From a bacterium (GTDB lineage: Bacteria > UBA8248 > JACPRG01 > G963555815): 64,000 nucleotides of DNA. The stretch is taken from assembly GCA_965218795.1 (NCBI GenBank), contig OZ244653.1, positions 1,056,001 through 1,120,000 of the forward strand. The letters run 5' to 3'. The position numbers were made by a program, and so were the translations under genes. The notes under the pieces were generated by a model, which saw only the letters and a list, made by a program, of their open reading frames with translations, had not been told where the DNA came from and searched no databases. Shown here in pieces: positions 60,398 through 64,000 of the stretch (positions are counted from its first letter, which is position 1; every line of letters begins with the position of its first letter).

Positions 60398-61762
60398 ATG
60401 CCATTCGACGATCCCCGCGACTTTCTCGAATACCTGGAGGAACGGAAGGAGATCCTTCGCATCCGGGACGAGGTGGACCCGAAGTTCGAAGTCGGCGCCT
60501 ACATTCGAAAGACCTCTGACCAGCAGGGCCCCGCCCTCCTGTTTGAAAACGTCAAAGGCCACGACATGCGGATGGTGGGAGGGATCTTCGCCACCCGCCA
60601 GCGCATCCTCATGGCCCTCGAGACGGATTCCAATGAGGTCTACGATCGCGTATACGGGGGGATTTCCCAGGCGATCCCGCCCCGTCTGGTCGATACGGGT
60701 CCCTGCAAAGAGGTGATCTATAAGGGAGACGAGGTGGACATCACCCATCTTCCTATTCCCGTCTATGCCGAAAAGGACGGCGGAGCCTTCATCACCCACG
60801 GGGTCGTGATCAGCAAAGACCCGGAGACGGGTACCGGCAACGCATCGATCTACCGGCTTCAGTTGCGCGGAAAGGATGAGCTCGGCCTCTATGTTGCCGA
60901 CTACCAGGACATGATGCGGCATTACCTCAAGGCGGAGTCCAAGGGGGAACCACTCGACGTTGCCATCGCCCTGGGGTGCGACCCCGTGGTGATGCTGGCC
61001 ACTCAGGTCGACGCGGCCTACGGCGAGGATGAAATCGCCATCGCCGGCGGTTTGAACGGAAAACCCGTCGATGTGGTCCAGTGCGAAACCGTGGACCTGA
61101 CGGTTCCCGCCACCACCGAGATCGTCATAGAGGGAAAGGCGCTGCCGACACGACGTGAATGGGAGGGGCCGTTCGGGGAGTACAGCGGGTACTACGGTCC
61201 GGCCGATGAACGGCCGGTCATCCAGGTCACCGCTGTGACCCACCGCAACAACCCGCTCTACCACGCCGGTCTGACGGGGATGCCGATGACCGAAAACCAC
61301 TTTCTCAAACAGATCCCGAACGAAATTACACTGTACCGGGATCTGAAATCGAAGTTCGCCGGGGTGAAGGCGGTCAATTTCACGCCGGCGGGATGTTGTG
61401 AGTTCATGGTTTTCATCAGCATGAAGCAGGTCTACCCGGGCGAGGCCAAAAAGGTCCTGATGGCCTCCCTCGGCAGCAAGAAGCTCCCCAAATATGTCGT
61501 CGTGTGCGACGAAGACATCGACGTCCACGACCACACCCAGGTGCTCTGGGCCATATCGACCCGGGCCAGTCCGGCCAAGGACATGATGGTCGTACCCGTA
61601 CCGACCGCCGCTCTGGACCCGACACTGCCGGAAGGCGAGGTGGGATCCGCCCTGGGAATTGACGCCACCCGGCCCGTCGACGAACCTTTCCCCGACGTTC
61701 CTGAACACCCGGGACTCGACCGCGTCCCGGACCTTCGGGCGATGGTCAACGAAGGGGCTTGA
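60398..61762 (+). CDS. UbiD family prFMN-dependent (de)carboxylase
   Basis: PALLFENVKG, PCKEV, KDGGAFIT, NASIYR, EIVIEG, EGPFGEYSGYY, VCDEDIDV, WAISTR, GIDATRP. Confidence 0.93.
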   Translation: MPFDDPRDFLEYLEERKEILRIRDEVDPKFEVGAYIRKTSDQQGPALLFENVKGHDMRMVGGIFATRQRILMALETDSNEVYDRVYGGISQAIPPRLVDTGPCKEVIYKGDEVDITHLPIPVYAEKDGGAFITHGVVISKDPETGTGNASIYRLQLRGKDELGLYVADYQDMMRHYLKAESKGEPLDVAIALGCDPVVMLATQVDAAYGEDEIAIAGGLNGKPVDVVQCETVDLTVPATTEIVIEGKALPTRREWEGPFGEYSGYYGPADERPVIQVTAVTHRNNPLYHAGLTGMPMTENHFLKQIPNEITLYRDLKSKFAGVKAVNFTPAGCCEFMVFISMKQVYPGEAKKVLMASLGSKKLPKYVVVCDEDIDVHDHTQVLWAISTRASPAKDMMVVPVPTAALDPTLPEGEVGSALGIDATRPVDEPFPDVPEHPGLDRVPDLRAMVNEGA

Positions 61763-62027
61763 AAAGAGAGGGGATTTCTGGATTCAGGCGCGGAAGGGCC
61801 CTGCGCCCTGCTCCCCTGAGACGGGTCGAGTGTGAGCGTGTGGCGGCGGCATGGCCACCGGGTCCAGCCTCGAGGAAGAAAACGCTTGCCGCACTCGGGA
61901 GGGTGTCTCGCTGGAGGAATCAAGGCTGAAATCGTTGCGGACAGAGCCTGCCCCACTCCCCTGCGGTTTGCCGCATCGGGGACTTGAAGCAAGAATGGGG
62001 GACCGCCTGGAGGGGCGAGGAGGAAGG

Positions 62028-63386
62028 ATGCCGACGAATTGGAATCGTCTTGGGTATCTGATCCTCCTCCTCATCTTTTTCTGCGGACCCTCGCCTGCGC
62101 CCGCAGAAGAGATCCAGATCTCCGTTTGGGCCCCCGCGGACCAAAATGAGCGCTATCGTCACGAGGGGCTCCGTCTGGCCGCAGTGATCCTCAATGAAGA
62201 ACTGAAGATCGAAGGGCGCAATCTTCGCGTTTCCGTTCGCGCCCAGGCATTTTCCGGGGCACAGACGTGGCAGAAGCTGAAGCAGGGTTTTTCCCTGGCG
62301 GTCGAAGCCGGCAAGGGGCCCCATATCATTGTGGGGGGCCACGAGGACATCCCCATCTGGGGGCGCGCCGGGCTGATCCAGGCGGTGGAGGACATCGTGG
62401 ATCTGGAACAATGGCCCTTCAGCGACGTGTATCCGAACCTATGGCCCATGATGACCTATGACGGCCGGGTCTGGGGGGTCCCACAGGATGCGGAATGCAG
62501 ACCGTTCTTCGGGTGGATCCCCCACTTGAAGGCGATTGGATACTCCGATTCCGAGATTGAAGGTCTCCCCGCGAAGATCCAGTCCGGCCGATACACCCTC
62601 CGGGATGTGTTGAGGGATGCCAAGAAGATTCAGGATGCGGGGTTGGTGGCCAAGGGCTACGGCTTTTACCCGCGGCCGACCAAGGGCGGTGACTTTTGGC
62701 AGTTTTATCTGTCGAACGGGGCCCGATGGCTGGATTCGGAGAGCGGAAAACTCATCCTGGACAAAAAAGCCCTCCTGGAATACTACCGCTTCTTCCATGA
62801 GGCGGTTTTCAAATACGGCGTGACGAAAAAGAACCACCTGGGCATGAACTGGGACCAGTGGTATCGGGAGGTGGCCGCGGGGAAGGCGGGACTCTGGCAC
62901 GGCGGCTCCTGGCACTACGCCCGGTATACCCGCAAAGAGGGCCTGACGAATTTCTTCGACAAGGTGATGTTTTCCCTGATCCCCGCGGGAGGGAAACGCG
63001 GCCGCGCGCTCACCCTGACCCACCCTCTGGTCTACCTGATATCCACGCGAGCCCGCGGGCAGACGGCTGATCTTGCGGGGCGTCTGATCGCCATCGTCTC
63101 CGGGCCCCGGCTGAACACGCTGCACGCAATCTCCTCCGCCCATCTCGGAATCACCCGTTCCCAGGAGAAACTGGCCCAATACGCCGATGACCGGTGGACA
63201 GCCGAGGCGACGAAACTTCTCAGGCACGCGACCGCCCTGCCCAACCACCTCCACTTCGGCCGGTTCGATCAAATCGTCTGGAAGGGATTGACGGCCGCCT
63301 GGACGGGGACGGCTCCCGGCAAAGCGGTCGAAACGGTTGTACGGGAAATCCAATCGACCATGGGGGACAAGGTCCTCATCCGGTAG
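62028..63386 (+). CDS. Carbohydrate-type ABC transporter substrate-binding protein
   Basis: Signal peptide, AGKGPHII, DGRVWGVPQDAE, GKAGLWHGGSW. Confidence 0.85.
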   Translation: MPTNWNRLGYLILLLIFFCGPSPAPAEEIQISVWAPADQNERYRHEGLRLAAVILNEELKIEGRNLRVSVRAQAFSGAQTWQKLKQGFSLAVEAGKGPHIIVGGHEDIPIWGRAGLIQAVEDIVDLEQWPFSDVYPNLWPMMTYDGRVWGVPQDAECRPFFGWIPHLKAIGYSDSEIEGLPAKIQSGRYTLRDVLRDAKKIQDAGLVAKGYGFYPRPTKGGDFWQFYLSNGARWLDSESGKLILDKKALLEYYRFFHEAVFKYGVTKKNHLGMNWDQWYREVAAGKAGLWHGGSWHYARYTRKEGLTNFFDKVMFSLIPAGGKRGRALTLTHPLVYLISTRARGQTADLAGRLIAIVSGPRLNTLHAISSAHLGITRSQEKLAQYADDRWTAEATKLLRHATALPNHLHFGRFDQIVWKGLTAAWTGTAPGKAVETVVREIQSTMGDKVLIR

Positions 63387-63531
63387 ACCCGGCCGGTTCG
63401 TGCCCTCATCGTCTCCTTCAGGCGCCCGGGCAAGATGGCCGCGTTCCGGCGGAGCCTGAAGCAGAGCTTCCAAGGGACCCCGGAAGATTTCAAGGCTCTC
63501 CCGCCCCTCCACATCGAAGGGACCCACCCGA

Positions 63532-64000
63532 ATGGCTGGACTGCGAAACTGGCTGCCCTTCTGGTTCGTCTTCCCCGCGTGTCTGGCGGTCACCACTTTC
63601 TATCTTATTCCAGCGGTTCTCACCTTCATTTTCAGCTTCACGACGATGGGCTCCGAAACCGGGATCCTGGGCAGCCGATACGTCATTTCGGCAAACGTGA
63701 TTCGGGAGCTTCGCGGTCGCTCCTTCCCTCCCGATGCGCTCCGAAGGATCGACGGGAAGGTGTATGTCTTTGACCGAAAGGGTCTGGAGGCCCTCCGCAA
63801 GCTCCGGCTGAAACCAGGCGTGATGACCGAGATTGAGCGCGCGTTATCAGGAAGGCGGTACACATCCGAACGCGGACTCCTGTCCGACCTGAAGAAGCTG
63901 AAAAAGCGTCCCCGAACGCACTTCGAGCGGAAATCGATCACGCAGAGCGTCGTCCGCACCGTGAAGAACGTCGAGTACGGATCGGCGGGCGATCTTCGAA
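63532..64000 (+). CDS. ABC sugar permease, 5' part (runs off the window)
   Basis: MAGLRNWLPFWFVFPACLAVTTFYLIPAVLTFIFSFTTM is a typical first TM of CUT1 permeases. The frame stays open to 64000. Absent from the ORF track. Confidence 0.7.
   Translation, partial: MAGLRNWLPFWFVFPACLAVTTFYLIPAVLTFIFSFTTMGSETGILGSRYVISANVIRELRGRSFPPDALRRIDGKVYVFDRKGLEALRKLRLKPGVMTEIERALSGRRYTSERGLLSDLKKLKKRPRTHFERKSITQSVVRTVKNVEYGSAGDLR

Noticed and set aside
156-63596. Many long antisense or alternative-frame ORFs (e.g. 156-1499, 5427-6710, 10408-12558, 23240-24943, 33043-34896, 60380-61708)
   Set aside because: They are shadows of real genes in high-GC DNA, with no family motifs.

Overview
GC-rich bacterial chromosomal region (taxon not determinable from sequence alone) packed with accessory catabolic enzymes. 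It holds amidohydrolases, an Ntn/C45 hydrolase, a 2,6-dihydroxypseudooxynicotine-hydrolase-like C-C hydrolase, PrpF, PLP enzymes and three tandem DUF1445 (D-glutamate cyclase-like) paralogs. It also has MDR/GMC/SDR/AKR/LLM oxidoreductases and three acyl-CoA ligases. Two separate hydantoinase/acetone-carboxylase-like A+B pairs have B subunits fused to an AcxC (gamma)-like Cys domain. The second pair heads a large operon (CoA ligase, acyl-CoA dehydrogenase, Ltp2-like thiolase-fold protein + DUF35, decarboxylase-like amidohydrolase, UbiD) divergent from a NicX-like gene. Housekeeping-type genes are Lhr helicase, YajD HNH and a thioredoxin-like ferredoxin. AT-richer inserts carry a DUF1156-type MTase + PD-(D/E)XK endonuclease pair and a lone PD-(D/E)XK protein. 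Features the ORF track misses: a DsbA/FrnE-like selenoprotein (UxxC, in-frame UGA plus SECIS-like hairpin), a family of GTCATTCC REP-like palindromes bracketing foreign DNA, IHF-consensus sites, several internally deleted gene relics, five single-base homopolymer frameshifts (possibly sequencing error) and a 77-bp templated insertion. No rRNA, tRNA, CRISPR array or transposase was recognised.
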